A DNA stretch of 34,695 nt from NCBI GenBank assembly GCA_039683575.1, contig JBDKRC010000250.1, forward strand, positions 1-34,695, given 5' to 3'. The notes beneath the pieces were generated by a model. That model was given only the letters and a program-made list of their open reading frames with translations. It did no database searches and was not told the origin of the DNA. Positions 1 to 9,679 of the stretch are shown one piece after another (positions within the stretch are counted from its first letter, which is position 1; the number at the start of each line of letters is the position of its first letter). This DNA is from Armatimonadia bacterium (GTDB lineage Bacteria; Armatimonadota; Zipacnadia; Zipacnadales; UBA11051). The position numbers and the translations under genes are program-made.

Positions 1-30
1 CGGGGGAAGCGGTAGCTCGATGTCTGCCAT
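1..30 (-). CDS. 5' end of a gene running off the left edge (MADIELPLPP...)
   Basis: ATG at 30 (alternative at 39), frame open to the window edge, directly downstream of a consensus promoter at 67-95. Too short to assign. Confidence 0.4.
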   Translation of the reverse strand, partial: MADIELPLPP

Positions 31-66
31 GATCCGCATCGGGTGAGGAGTGTTGAGGTCCGCTAG

Positions 67-95
67 AGTATAACTTTGCCGCCCTCAGGTTGCAA
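67..95 (-). promoter_or_regulatory. sigma70-type promoter
   Basis: Minus strand TTGCAA - 17 nt - TATACT. Confidence 0.7.
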
Positions 96-122
96 GGGAT
101 TGTACACAAGTGGGGACCGGAA

Positions 123-163
123 CGGCAATGCGAGAGGTGCACGGGGCACCTCTCGCATTGCCG
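123..163. terminator. perfect 18-bp hairpin at the end of the long minus-strand gene run; probable terminator or RNA-stabilising stem
   Basis: CGGCAATGCGAGAGGTGC-ACGGG-GCACCTCTCGCATTGCCG. Only a short T run follows on the minus strand. Confidence 0.6.
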
Positions 164-182
164 AATGGTCGAAATGACGGGA

Positions 183-227
183 CGGCGGGGTATGAGCCCC
201 CTGCGACGCTGACGTCGCGACACTACA
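183..227 (-). repeat. GTAG-type REP-like palindromic element
   Basis: Minus strand TGTAGTGTCGCGACGTCAGCGTCGCAGGGGGCTCATACCCCGCCG, nearly identical to 30485-30531. Confidence 0.7.
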
Positions 228-234
228 ATCCGAG

Positions 235-3200
235 CTAGTCGGCCTTCAGGTGCAGGAGGCCGTACGTCGTTGGCGGTCCCCAGTTCCCCGCACCGTCCTG
301 GGAGCGGATGTGGAAGTACCAGACGCCCGGAGCCATCGTGTCGAAGCTCTTGGCTACCTCCGTGCCCTCCGGCGTCTCGTCCGGAACCGTGGCCGGTTCC
401 TGATCGAGGGCGAAGCTGAAGCCCTTGATGCCGGTGGTGTCAGTGGCTCGCCAGCGCAGCACCGGCGGGTACTTGCCTACCTGCCCGACGATGAGGTTGT
501 CAAACCAGGCGGTGGCGCCTGCCGCGTTGTCCATCGTGTTGCGGTCGCCGATAATGATCTGCTGCACGATCAGCGCGTCCTGCGCCTGCTGGCGGCGGAG
601 CATCGGCATCAACTCAACAGCCGCGTGGCGCCACTGGTTATCGGCGATGATGCCGGGTACGCGGCCAATCACGTCGGTCGCGGCGTCGTTGAGGGTGATG
701 GCATGCCACTTGCCGCCCAGGAGAACGCTGAAGGCAAGTTTGGTGGCGGGCGGAATGCGGTAGTCAAAGGCGATCACCGGGTACTTCTCGCAGTCATAGG
801 CTTCCGTGGTGATGGTCGCCTGCATGTGGCCGCCGGCCTTTTGGTTGGTGAGCTTCAGCGAGCCACTCCCGTTCTTGGCGGTCGTGGTGTCGATTTCCAC
901 CTTAGCGCCATTCTCGCCGTCGCGGGTTGCCCACGGCACCTGCCCGTCCTCGAAGGTCTGCGTCAGCAACGTCGGGTGGGTGGTCGAGTGGATCTCGGCT
1001 GGGCGCGGGGGCGTCTTGTCGAGCGAGTAGTCCATGACCCAGCTCCACGCGGCGCGGGTCTGGACGGGGTTGCCGGCATAGTCAGAGGCGGCGAGAAGCT
1101 CGACGTCAACCTGCTTTTGATCCGGGAAGACAACCGGGTTAGGAATGACTCGCTCGCAGTTCCAGATGAGTTTGCCATCGGTGGGACGATAGCGCAGGCC
1201 CTGACCGTCCATGACATAATCGGTCCCGGCGACCTTGAGCCGCACGGAGGAGGGATCGATGCCAGCGAGGCCCTTGTCCGAAAGGGCCAATTCAATCTCG
1301 GAGACGGCGTGCTTGGCCCCGGCGGCGGGAAGCAGAGCCTGGGAGGTCGGGGCTTCGGAGTCAACCAGGAGACGGCGGCTGGTGGGTGGGCCCCAGTTGC
1401 CGGCTTTGTCCTGGGCGCGGAGGTTTAGCCAGCCGTCGGTGAGGCCCGCCAAGGTGACGTTGGTTTCTTCGCCCTGCGCGCTCAAGGTCTGGGGGACAAC
1501 TGCGCTGGAGAGGGCGTCGAGAGCCCAGGCAGCGCCCGCTATGCCACTGAGATCAGGGGCCTGCCAGGCCAGACGGACGGGGTGGACGCCGCTCATGACC
1601 GGGATCAGCTGGAAGTCATCGAGGTGATAGGTGCTGCCGGGACGGTTGCCGGCCCAGCCCCAATCGGCGATGACGAACTGGCGCACGATGAAGGTCGGCG
1701 CGGTCGGATCGTCGGCGCGGAGGAGGTCGTAGAGATTGAAGCTCGTGGTATGCCACTGGTTGTCAGGCGTGACGTTCGGGACGGTGCCGATGACGCCGAG
1801 GTCATTATCGTTGTCGGTGAACTTGATACCCTTCCAGTCGCCGTTAACATAGACGGCGAGGTCGGCGCGCAGGCGGTCGTCGCATTTGTAGGCGAAGGAG
1901 ACGATGCGATGCTTGCCGGCGTCGAAGGGGGACTGCGTGACGTAGGCGCCGAAGCGGCGGCCGGCAGTGGTGTGATAGAGCTTGAGGCTGTACTTGCCGG
2001 AGTTGGCGGTGCTGCTGTCGCGGGAGAGGACGGCCCCGCCGGGTCCGCCGTAGTTGGCCCACTGGCCGAGGTACTCTTCGAAGTCATTGTCAATGAGATA
2101 GCCGTCGCCGATCTGCAGCTTCGGGGCGGGCGGGGCGGCCTTGTCCTGTTTGGTATCGGCGCCAAAGGTCCAGTTCGCGGGAGTGGCGGTGGCATTGCCG
2201 GCGCGGTCACTGAAACCGGTGAGGGCGAGAGCGATTTGGTCGCCGTCCTTGACCGTGAGGCCAGCGGCTCGGGGGTCTATGATTAGTTTTGAGTCTTCAG
2301 GCTCGTAGGTGACGGCCGGCGAGGCGATGGTGAGGCTGGTCGGACCGAGGTCGATCTTGAGGGCGGCGAGGTCCACGCCACTGCCACCGGCATCCGAGAG
2401 GCTGAGCACCACCGGAGCGTCCTGCAGCGAGCCTCCGCCGGCGGGCTCAAGGATCTTGGCGACCGGTGCGGTATGGTCCACGCCGAAACGATAGGTGTTA
2501 TCGCCGCCCCACTTGCCGTCCTTCAGAAGCGGCCGGACGTGGGCGTAATAGGTGCCATCGGTCTGGAGATCAGCTTTGAAGGTGGCCTCTTTGGTCGTTA
2601 CGGTCTGAGGAGCTGGCTTGTTGGCTTGCTGATCAACAGTGACCGAGTAACCCTCGATCTCCTGGCCTTGGCGCGGAGTGAAGGCGAGTTCGACCTTCCC
2701 CGTGCCCGGCTGGCCAAGCATGAAGTTGTCCAGGTACCAGGTTGCGCCACTCCCGTTACCGCCGAAGCCGGCGAACAGGTAGTCTTTGTTGCTGAGGTTC
2801 CCGATCCACACGTCGGTGCAGACGGTCGAGCTCTCCAGGCCCTGCTTCTTCTGCAGGGCGCCCAGGAGATCGAAGGAGGCGTGGTGCCACTTGTCGTCGG
2901 CGATAACGCCGGGGATCTGGCCGAGTATCTCGCGCCCCGGGGCGGGTTCAGAGAAGCCGCTGAAGACCACCTCGTACGGCTTGTCGGCGACCGTCAGATA
3001 CAGGTTCGTCTTCACGTCGGGGGACAGCTTGTAGTCAAAGGCCAGTTGGGATAGTTGCTTGGCGTCGAAGCGATCTGAGATCTTGACCCCGAAGTTGCCC
3101 CCCGCGGCACGGTTGATAAGCTTCAGGCAGTGCCCTGTTCCGTCAGGGCCGCCGTCAGCGAGGCCGCACAGTGCGCCTTGGTCGGCATCGTAGGTGACGA

Positions 3201-4134
3201 AGGTGCCGGTGCTGGTCTCGAAGTCATTGTTGATCGAGGGATGCGTCGGCGAGCTGATTGTCAACTCGGGCTCGCGTACCGTCGCCTTCATGCTCTCCGG
3301 ATCGAGCAGCGGCGGCATCGGGTCACGGGGGAGCTTTTCCTTCGCGTAGTAGATCTTCACCCGCGGGGTAATCATGTCGTTCTTGAGCACCCACAGGCCG
3401 ACGCGTCCGCCGGGAAGGGGATTGGGGTCGGTGCCCTCGAGCACGAGTTGCTCGTCCAGGTAGACCTGCAGCTTCTGAGCCTGCTTGCGGACGCGCAGCG
3501 ACCACCACTTGCGGTGCCAGGAGTAGGTCTCAGGCTGCCCGTTCTCGTAGATTGGCCACAGCGCCTTGGGGTCCCGCGATTCGGCGATGACCTTGGTGCC
3601 GCGCATGATGCGCGTGTAGCGGTTGTCGTCGCCGCCAACTATGAAGGCATACCCGCTGTCCGGGTTGGCGCCGTCCCCGCAGATGGTGATGTTCAAGTCA
3701 TTGGGATGCAGGTAGGTCGGGTCGCGGTTGAGGCGCATTTTGAAGGCGACGTAGGCTTCGACGGTGATGTCGCCCATGAACTCGCGCTTGTTCCACATCG
3801 CCGCGATGCCATTGGGTGAGTAGCCGCCATACCATGACCACTGCGGGCTGCAGGTCCAGCGGTTGGTCGCGTTCCACTCGCCGCTGCGGACGAGCCAGTC
3901 GGTGGGAGCGCTGCTGAAGGTATAGTCGCAGACGTTGGCCGACTGCAGGTCCACTGCGCCAATGTCAGCGCCAAGTGCGCCGCCGGAGAAGAACACCCGG
4001 CCCTTCTCGACCGCGAGAGCGGCCTGGGCAAGGGCATCGTCCCGAGCCGGCGCGGGAGTTGCCTGAGCCCACAGTGACGCGGGCAGGATAACTACCAACA
4101 GAATCAGAGCCACTGTCCAGCGTGTGACCATCAT
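235..4134 (-). CDS. large secreted protein (~1299 aa): N-terminal lectin/DUF1080-like beta-sandwich plus three repeated carbohydrate-binding + Ig-like modules
   Basis: Signal peptide MMVTRWTVALILLVVILPASLWA after a GAGG RBS. Repeated motifs NDFE/QTFE...LKL...AFDY/SFAY...D.KWH/D.QWH/D.QWR and HVRP..DGKWG / RAQDKAGNWG / RSQDGAGNWG. Start moved from the track's 4290 to ATG 4134. Confidence 0.8.
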   Translation of the reverse strand: MMVTRWTVALILLVVILPASLWAQATPAPARDDALAQAALAVEKGRVFFSGGALGADIGAVDLQSANVCDYTFSSAPTDWLVRSGEWNATNRWTCSPQWSWYGGYSPNGIAAMWNKREFMGDITVEAYVAFKMRLNRDPTYLHPNDLNITICGDGANPDSGYAFIVGGDDNRYTRIMRGTKVIAESRDPKALWPIYENGQPETYSWHRKWWSLRVRKQAQKLQVYLDEQLVLEGTDPNPLPGGRVGLWVLKNDMITPRVKIYYAKEKLPRDPMPPLLDPESMKATVREPELTISSPTHPSINNDFETSTGTFVTYDADQGALCGLADGGPDGTGHCLKLINRAAGGNFGVKISDRFDAKQLSQLAFDYKLSPDVKTNLYLTVADKPYEVVFSGFSEPAPGREILGQIPGVIADDKWHHASFDLLGALQKKQGLESSTVCTDVWIGNLSNKDYLFAGFGGNGSGATWYLDNFMLGQPGTGKVELAFTPRQGQEIEGYSVTVDQQANKPAPQTVTTKEATFKADLQTDGTYYAHVRPLLKDGKWGGDNTYRFGVDHTAPVAKILEPAGGGSLQDAPVVLSLSDAGGSGVDLAALKIDLGPTSLTIASPAVTYEPEDSKLIIDPRAAGLTVKDGDQIALALTGFSDRAGNATATPANWTFGADTKQDKAAPPAPKLQIGDGYLIDNDFEEYLGQWANYGGPGGAVLSRDSSTANSGKYSLKLYHTTAGRRFGAYVTQSPFDAGKHRIVSFAYKCDDRLRADLAVYVNGDWKGIKFTDNDNDLGVIGTVPNVTPDNQWHTTSFNLYDLLRADDPTAPTFIVRQFVIADWGWAGNRPGSTYHLDDFQLIPVMSGVHPVRLAWQAPDLSGIAGAAWALDALSSAVVPQTLSAQGEETNVTLAGLTDGWLNLRAQDKAGNWGPPTSRRLLVDSEAPTSQALLPAAGAKHAVSEIELALSDKGLAGIDPSSVRLKVAGTDYVMDGQGLRYRPTDGKLIWNCERVIPNPVVFPDQKQVDVELLAASDYAGNPVQTRAAWSWVMDYSLDKTPPRPAEIHSTTHPTLLTQTFEDGQVPWATRDGENGAKVEIDTTTAKNGSGSLKLTNQKAGGHMQATITTEAYDCEKYPVIAFDYRIPPATKLAFSVLLGGKWHAITLNDAATDVIGRVPGIIADNQWRHAAVELMPMLRRQQAQDALIVQQIIIGDRNTMDNAAGATAWFDNLIVGQVGKYPPVLRWRATDTTGIKGFSFALDQEPATVPDETPEGTEVAKSFDTMAPGVWYFHIRSQDGAGNWGPPTTYGLLHLKAD

Positions 4135-4211
4135 ATGTCCTCTCAAAGCGGAAAACCAATCAGGAGGCCGCAGAGCCTCTAGCGTGCTGTCGCGGTGACA
4201 TCCATAGGGTG

Positions 4212-4265
4212 CCAGTAGGGCAGGCGGCTCGCCTGCCCACGCGGGCGAGCCGTCCGCGCTACTGG
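4212..4265. repeat. inverted GTAG REP doublet (REPIN-like)
   Basis: CCAGTAGGGCAGGCGGCTCGCCTGC (4212-4236) and its imperfect reverse complement GCGGGCGAGCCGTCCGCGCTACTGG (4241-4265), in an intergenic gap. Confidence 0.65.
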
Positions 4266-4294
4266 ACTTGCCTAGCCAATTGCGGGACACTACA

Positions 4295-6265
4295 CTAGCG
4301 TTGCGCCGTCAAGACGGGCTGTTCGTTGACCCGAACAACCACGAGGCCGCTCTCGCGGCTGAAAAGAATGTTGGCGTCACCCTCGACCTCTGTCTCAGCG
4401 ACCTTCACTGGTTGGTCGGCGGCGGTCAGGGCGAGTTTGAGCTTCTTTGACTTCTCCTCGGCTGAAACCGTGAGTGTCAGACCACTCTTGTCGCCTGGAG
4501 CCCCGCCGATGGTCGCCCGACAGCTTCCGGTCTTCGAGCCCACCGCAGGGATGACGAAGATTACGCTGGTTTCGCCGAAGTAGTCACCCTTGGTCCAGAA
4601 CGCGTTCTGGTCCTCAGCGGTCGGCGTCCAGGGGGCCTTAGTGCTGGCCCACCCCGCCATCTCGGGGTGCTTGTCTATGATCGCGAACTCTTTGGTGATG
4701 TGTGACCCCTTGCGCAGCGGCACAAGGGAAAGACGGACGTTGTCAAACTGCGACGGGCCATCGGCATATAGAGCGATCGCGCCGCCGGTGACACCTGCTG
4801 ACAGTGCCTGAAGCCGGATCGTGTCATCCACGAGGCCTGTGAGAAGCCCGTCTTCGACACTTACGCGCAGTTGATGCTTTTGTGCGGAGCCCGGAAGGGC
4901 TTTCTCTGCCAGTACCGCGAGCCCCTTATCGGTCATCTGAGCGAGTTGAACCTTGCCGCGGTAAGCGGCTTTGGAGCCCGCGGGCGCCCAGCGCAAGACA
5001 CAGAAACCTTTGGGCCCATTGTAGGCAAAAGCCAGTCCTGTGCCGCCGCCGGTGCTGGTGGAGTCGACCGCACAGGTGTAGCGCTCCCAGTTCTGCCCGG
5101 CAACGCAGAGCGCGCGCTCGGCTCCGCCGTAGGTCATGACCCCAGTCTTCTGGGTCCAGCCAGTGCCATCCACCCACTTGCCGGGGGTAACCTGCGCGAA
5201 ATTCTCGCGGAAGAGTTCCCATTCCGCGCTGGCGACGTCATCAAAGAACGCGCCCGCTTTGCCCTCAACGTAGAGCCCGGTCTGGCCCTGCCCAAAGAGC
5301 GGGGTCTCGACCTGCAGCAGTAGTTCGTCATCCACGCTGCACTGCACGACACCATCGCAGACCTGCGCGCGCAGCTTGTACCACTGTCCCGGCAGGTAGG
5401 CCCCCGCCCTCTCCCCCAGCACCTTCTCCTGACCGTCACGTACAGCGACGAGCTGCAGGGCGTTCAGAGCTTCATCCGGGAGCCGGCGCCAGCGCAACAG
5501 CAAGTAGTTTTTGTCGTTCTGGTAGTAGAAGACGAGACCAATCGCGCCCTGCCCCATCGGGCGAATGGCGCTCTCAACCATGTAACGGTCCCAGAACCAG
5601 TTGCCGGCGATGCTGATGGCGCGGTCACCGCTGCCGAAGTATGAGAAGGCGTTGGCGGACTTATCAGCCTCTTCGCGTCCGGCCTGTTGGTCGTCGCGCA
5701 GCGTGCGAGCCTCCCAGACACCGACTACGGGCTGCCAGACGCTCTGGGCGCCCTCCTCGCGGACGAAGTCATCTCCCATCTCCATGTCGCCGACAGGCTG
5801 CACCTGGAAGTCCGCGAGGGTGCCGCCAGAGACGCGGCTGCCGACGAGACCATCCTGAAGATACGGATCATAGGCCCTGAGTACCACGAGGTTGTCCCAC
5901 ACGAGGGACATGCGCCACTGACGGCGCTGGAGGGTGAACGGCACGGTGCTGCCGTCCTTCAGGGACACTTTGACCGCGTTGCCGAGCGGACGGGCCTTGC
6001 CGCCGCTGATCACCTGGATTCGGGCGAGCCCCCCGCTGACTGTCAGCAGGTAGTGCTTCTTCGTGTCCTGCTGGTAGTTGAAGGCAAGCTCTAGATCGAG
6101 GCTCTTGGCGCTTTTGACAGTAAGGGAGCCGTTGGCGTTGAAGTCACCTTCGCCGGGGTCTTCGAGGAAGGCAAGCCCGGCAGCCTGGGAGGCAGTAGTG
6201 GAAAAGCCGCATGCCACGATGATACCGAGACATACGGCGAAAGCGCTGAAACGATAAATCTTCAT
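4295..6265 (-). CDS. secreted protein with repeated concanavalin/DUF1080-like beta-sandwich domains
   Basis: 656-aa ORF with a signal peptide. Trp/Gly-rich beta-strand motifs (GQWYKLR...GVVQCSVDD...GQTGL...FDDV; FDNV). Confidence 0.75.
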   Translation of the reverse strand: MKIYRFSAFAVCLGIIVACGFSTTASQAAGLAFLEDPGEGDFNANGSLTVKSAKSLDLELAFNYQQDTKKHYLLTVSGGLARIQVISGGKARPLGNAVKVSLKDGSTVPFTLQRRQWRMSLVWDNLVVLRAYDPYLQDGLVGSRVSGGTLADFQVQPVGDMEMGDDFVREEGAQSVWQPVVGVWEARTLRDDQQAGREEADKSANAFSYFGSGDRAISIAGNWFWDRYMVESAIRPMGQGAIGLVFYYQNDKNYLLLRWRRLPDEALNALQLVAVRDGQEKVLGERAGAYLPGQWYKLRAQVCDGVVQCSVDDELLLQVETPLFGQGQTGLYVEGKAGAFFDDVASAEWELFRENFAQVTPGKWVDGTGWTQKTGVMTYGGAERALCVAGQNWERYTCAVDSTSTGGGTGLAFAYNGPKGFCVLRWAPAGSKAAYRGKVQLAQMTDKGLAVLAEKALPGSAQKHQLRVSVEDGLLTGLVDDTIRLQALSAGVTGGAIALYADGPSQFDNVRLSLVPLRKGSHITKEFAIIDKHPEMAGWASTKAPWTPTAEDQNAFWTKGDYFGETSVIFVIPAVGSKTGSCRATIGGAPGDKSGLTLTVSAEEKSKKLKLALTAADQPVKVAETEVEGDANILFSRESGLVVVRVNEQPVLTAQR

Positions 6266-6305
6266 TTGGTACCGCCGGATGCGAACTAGTGCCTGAATGC
6301 TGAGA

Positions 6306-6821
6306 CTATCTCTCCACCCGCACAGGAACGTACCTGAGGTTCTTGGTCAAGATGAACTGGTCGAGCTTGGCCCCGTCCTCGCGGTTCTGAACTACCACCT
6401 GGACGTTACCGGCGGGAAGGTTCATCTTGGGGCCCTTCACCCAGTGCCACTTGCTGTAGGTGCCGTCCTGGCCGAACTGCACGGGCGGGTTGCCACCGAT
6501 CTTCACGAAGAAGGAGTTGCCGCACGAGTCATACCACATGGCGCGGCCCCAGAACTGCCAGACGCCGGCCGAGGGGACCTTGACGGTGTACGTGGCGCTG
6601 CCGGTGTCCACAGGCGCGCCCTCGGTCTGCGCATGCGGCCGGTGGACCGGGATCTCGATGAAGTAGCCGCCGGAGGCATTCGCGCTGGCGGTCTTGCGCA
6701 TCGAGGGCGTGATCTTCGTGTACTTCTCGGCCTCCACAACCACTTTGATGGCGCTGGCGCAGTAAGCCACGCCTACAGCGACAACGATAAGGGCAACAGC
6801 GCGTGTAACATGCTTGAGCAT
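6306..6821 (-). CDS. small secreted protein with a galactose-binding-like/CBM fold
   Basis: Signal peptide followed by VVVEAE..., NASGGYFI, and a C-terminal REDGAKLDQFILT typical of CBM6/35-like jelly rolls. GGAGG RBS. Confidence 0.7.
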   Translation of the reverse strand: MLKHVTRAVALIVVAVGVAYCASAIKVVVEAEKYTKITPSMRKTASANASGGYFIEIPVHRPHAQTEGAPVDTGSATYTVKVPSAGVWQFWGRAMWYDSCGNSFFVKIGGNPPVQFGQDGTYSKWHWVKGPKMNLPAGNVQVVVQNREDGAKLDQFILTKNLRYVPVRVER

Positions 6822-6853
6822 CCGATCATCCTCCGACGAACGTATTTCGTAGA

Positions 6854-8233
6854 CTATAGCTCGGCCGCGTTCTGACTGCCGCGGACACGATTTTCAAGTG
6901 CTTTGGCGGCGATCAGGGCGAATACCAGCGCCCAGATAAGCCCGGTTCCTCTGACGAAGAGGCTGCTGAACAGGTTAGTCAGCAAAAGCGAGAGCGCGGC
7001 GCCATGCAGGCCACAGGCCAGGCCGCGCGTCCAGGGCGAGTCCGCGTGCATCCAAAGCTTCCCCGCCTGCCGCCAGAAATACCCCAGGTAGGACAGCAGA
7101 CAGACCATACCCGCAAACCCCATGCTGCCACCGATGACCAGGTACAGGTTGTTCGTATCAGGCTCGGACTTCTTCACATTCGGCAGGAAACCGTAGTACT
7201 GCGGCATGCCGATGTTGGCCTGGTAGTTCCCAGCCCCAACTCCCAGCATGAAGTTCTGTGCCATCATGTTCAGCGCCGGCATCCACTCGATCCAGCGCTT
7301 CTTGAGCACCGGCGCCTCGTTCACGGGTTGCTCCGCGCCAGAGTCAGCCTGCATGACCTTGAAGATCGGACCCTCTTCGAACGGGTTCAGCATCTCCTTG
7401 AAGGCTTGCCGGTTCAGTGGCAGGAAGGCGACGGTGAAAAGCAGGAACGCCGCGGCGACGCCGGCGGTGATGGCAGCCCGGGCGCCCCCTCCCCAGGTGA
7501 GCGCTGTGAGCGTCAGTATTAGCGCCAGGACGAACACGAGCGGGGGGGCCACCATCGTCACGGCCCCCAGCAGGATCACCGCCAGCGCCCAGTAGCGTTC
7601 CCACTGACGGTCGGTCCACATCACCAGCCCAAAGAAAACCGGCAGCGCGAGGCACAGGAAGCCGCCATAGGCGCTGCGGCTCTGGAAGACGGAGTTGACA
7701 CCCATCAGGAGTCCGGGATCAGAAGTCGCCGGGGCAGCCGAGGCCCGGACGTAATGGTATAACCCGTACAAGACTACTAACGATGTTGAGGCCAAGAGGG
7801 TCCATAGCGCTCCGCGACGCCGCTCGTCGGTGGTGAGGACATTGACGAAGAGCATATACGCCGCGACGAAGTATAAGCCGATCTGAACGATCTCGAGGAT
7901 TGCGTCTTTGAGGCTCTCGGCACCGAGACCCGAGAGCGCAGCGACGACGAGCAGGGCCCAGATGTGCTTCGGCGCCCAGACCCATTCACGCGCCTGGCGG
8001 CGGCTGAGCGACCACAGGAGCCAAAGCCCCACCACGGCAGCGGCCGCAATGTCGGCGTATGCGATGAATGGCCCGTGCTTGCGGTCCACCGCATACGCAA
8101 TCTGGCTCGGGGCGACGAAGACGAGCGCCAAAGTGAGCCAGTAGAGCCACGTCGGCACCGGGAGCGGTTGCCAGATGGCTTCTTCGCGGGGCGCTGGCTG
8201 TGCGGAACGGGCGGCTATCCGGTTCATGCCCAT
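6854..8233 (-). CDS. O-antigen ligase/polymerase (Wzy_C, WaaL-like) membrane protein
   Basis: About 12 hydrophobic segments, a large loop, and R...W..ALNMM..N.MLGVGAGNY...NNLYL...GFAG matching the Wzy_C pattern. Confidence 0.8.
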   Translation of the reverse strand: MGMNRIAARSAQPAPREEAIWQPLPVPTWLYWLTLALVFVAPSQIAYAVDRKHGPFIAYADIAAAAVVGLWLLWSLSRRQAREWVWAPKHIWALLVVAALSGLGAESLKDAILEIVQIGLYFVAAYMLFVNVLTTDERRRGALWTLLASTSLVVLYGLYHYVRASAAPATSDPGLLMGVNSVFQSRSAYGGFLCLALPVFFGLVMWTDRQWERYWALAVILLGAVTMVAPPLVFVLALILTLTALTWGGGARAAITAGVAAAFLLFTVAFLPLNRQAFKEMLNPFEEGPIFKVMQADSGAEQPVNEAPVLKKRWIEWMPALNMMAQNFMLGVGAGNYQANIGMPQYYGFLPNVKKSEPDTNNLYLVIGGSMGFAGMVCLLSYLGYFWRQAGKLWMHADSPWTRGLACGLHGAALSLLLTNLFSSLFVRGTGLIWALVFALIAAKALENRVRGSQNAAEL

Positions 8234-8235
8234 GA

Positions 8236-8973
8236 TCAGGCCCCTCCCCCGCCGATGACGTTACGCGCCAGTGCCAGCAGCAACGTGGCGGCGAAATAGA
8301 CCTGCATGACCGCGCCAACGCCGGTGCGTCCCGACACGCTGAGGACCACGAGCAGGAGCAGGTAGTATTGCAGGGCATTGCCAAGCAGCGTCGCGAGGTC
8401 CATCACGTCCATCTGGTAGAGACGGTCGAGGGCGAGGAAAGTGACTATGCCGAGGGCGATGATCAGCAGCACCGCGGCGTGCAATCCCCAGCGGAACGGG
8501 GCTGCGTGGCCGTGGCGGAGGTAATTGTTGAGGGTGTAGAGGTACCACAGGCCAAAGATGGTGGCGATGATGACACCGGCCATGGAGAGCCCGGGAGCGA
8601 GGCCCATCAGCCACGTAGGCATGGTCTCGCTGAAGTTACCGAAGCTCGCCAGTTGCGGCTCGGCGGCGAGGCTCAGGACGATGCCGGCGGCGAGGGCGGT
8701 GAGGAGCTTGCCGCCGTCGGTGAAGGCACAACGGCCGCGTGTAGCAGCGGTCCAGACAAGCAAGATGATCGCCAGCAGCCCCAGGCCGAGCCACCGTTCC
8801 ATGCCCATCGTGGGTGGCTGGACGGTGTAGACGGCGGAAGCGCAGACAAGCAGCAGGCCCACGTGCATCAGCGCGGCGAGGCTGGACACCTCTCGGCGAT
8901 GCCGGGGCTGCAACTCTACCTCAGGTAGTTCGTCGTCCGGTAACAGCATGTTGGGAGGGTATCCTACTGCCAT
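8236..8973 (-). CDS. hypothetical integral membrane protein (~7 TM)
   Basis: 245-aa hydrophobic ORF abutting the ligase gene. Start could be the second Met (MLLPDD). Confidence 0.7.
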   Translation of the reverse strand: MAVGYPPNMLLPDDELPEVELQPRHRREVSSLAALMHVGLLLVCASAVYTVQPPTMGMERWLGLGLLAIILLVWTAATRGRCAFTDGGKLLTALAAGIVLSLAAEPQLASFGNFSETMPTWLMGLAPGLSMAGVIIATIFGLWYLYTLNNYLRHGHAAPFRWGLHAAVLLIIALGIVTFLALDRLYQMDVMDLATLLGNALQYYLLLLVVLSVSGRTGVGAVMQVYFAATLLLALARNVIGGGGA

Positions 8974-9052
8974 TAGTAGACTGCCCAGCTAGAGTGCAAA
9001 GACAATGTGAAGCTCCCCGGTGGCGCGCGTGAGAGACTTCACCACACGAAAA

Positions 9053-9679
9053 TCAGACTATACCATACCCGAAGTTCCTGCGAAAGGCCTGTTCCACTAC
9101 CGGAAGCACGTCACTGACTGTAGCTCCAGGTACATAATCCACGATGCGGCCCATATCTTCCGCGGTCAGCCCGCAGGGCGAGATCATCGAGAAGCCGCTC
9201 ATATCGCAATCCACGTTCAGGGCCAGCCCGTGGTAGGTGACCCAACCGCGGACAGCCACTCCGATGGAGCAGACTTTCCTCTCCCCTATCCAGACGCCTG
9301 TAAAGCCCTCGATATTCCGTGCTTCGAGGCGGAATTCAGCAAGAGCGGTGATTACCACCTGCTCGAGCGACCGCAGGTACCAGTGCAGATCGCGTCGGTG
9401 GTCGCGCAGGTCGAGGATCGGGTAGGCGACGAGTTGGCCTGGACCGTGATAGGTTGCCTGCCCGCCACGAGGGGTTTCAACTACTGGAAGCTGATTGTGG
9501 CCATGTACCGCGCGCTCCTGGCTCGTCCGGCCGAGGGTCACGACGGGATCATGCTCAAGGAGCAGGAGCGTGTCACTGATCTCGCCCGCACGGCGGCGGG
9601 CGACGAGGTCCTCCTGCAGGCATGCGGTGGCTTCGTAGTCGCAGCGGCCGAGACGGCGAACGTCAAGAAGGCGTGTCAC
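9053..9679 (-). CDS. lipB: lipoyl(octanoyl) transferase LipB
   Basis: LLLLEHDPVVTLG, RGGQATYHGPGQLVAYPILDL, KVCSIGV, HGLALN and PCG motifs. GTGA overlap with the upstream GT. Confidence 0.95.
   Translation of the reverse strand: MTRLLDVRRLGRCDYEATACLQEDLVARRRAGEISDTLLLLEHDPVVTLGRTSQERAVHGHNQLPVVETPRGGQATYHGPGQLVAYPILDLRDHRRDLHWYLRSLEQVVITALAEFRLEARNIEGFTGVWIGERKVCSIGVAVRGWVTYHGLALNVDCDMSGFSMISPCGLTAEDMGRIVDYVPGATVSDVLPVVEQAFRRNFGYGIV

Noticed and set aside
4135-4290. N-terminal extension of the 1351-aa ORF, or a possible frameshift fusion with the 656-aa gene
   Set aside because: The region contains a REP doublet, and the downstream gene has its own RBS and signal peptide at 4134.
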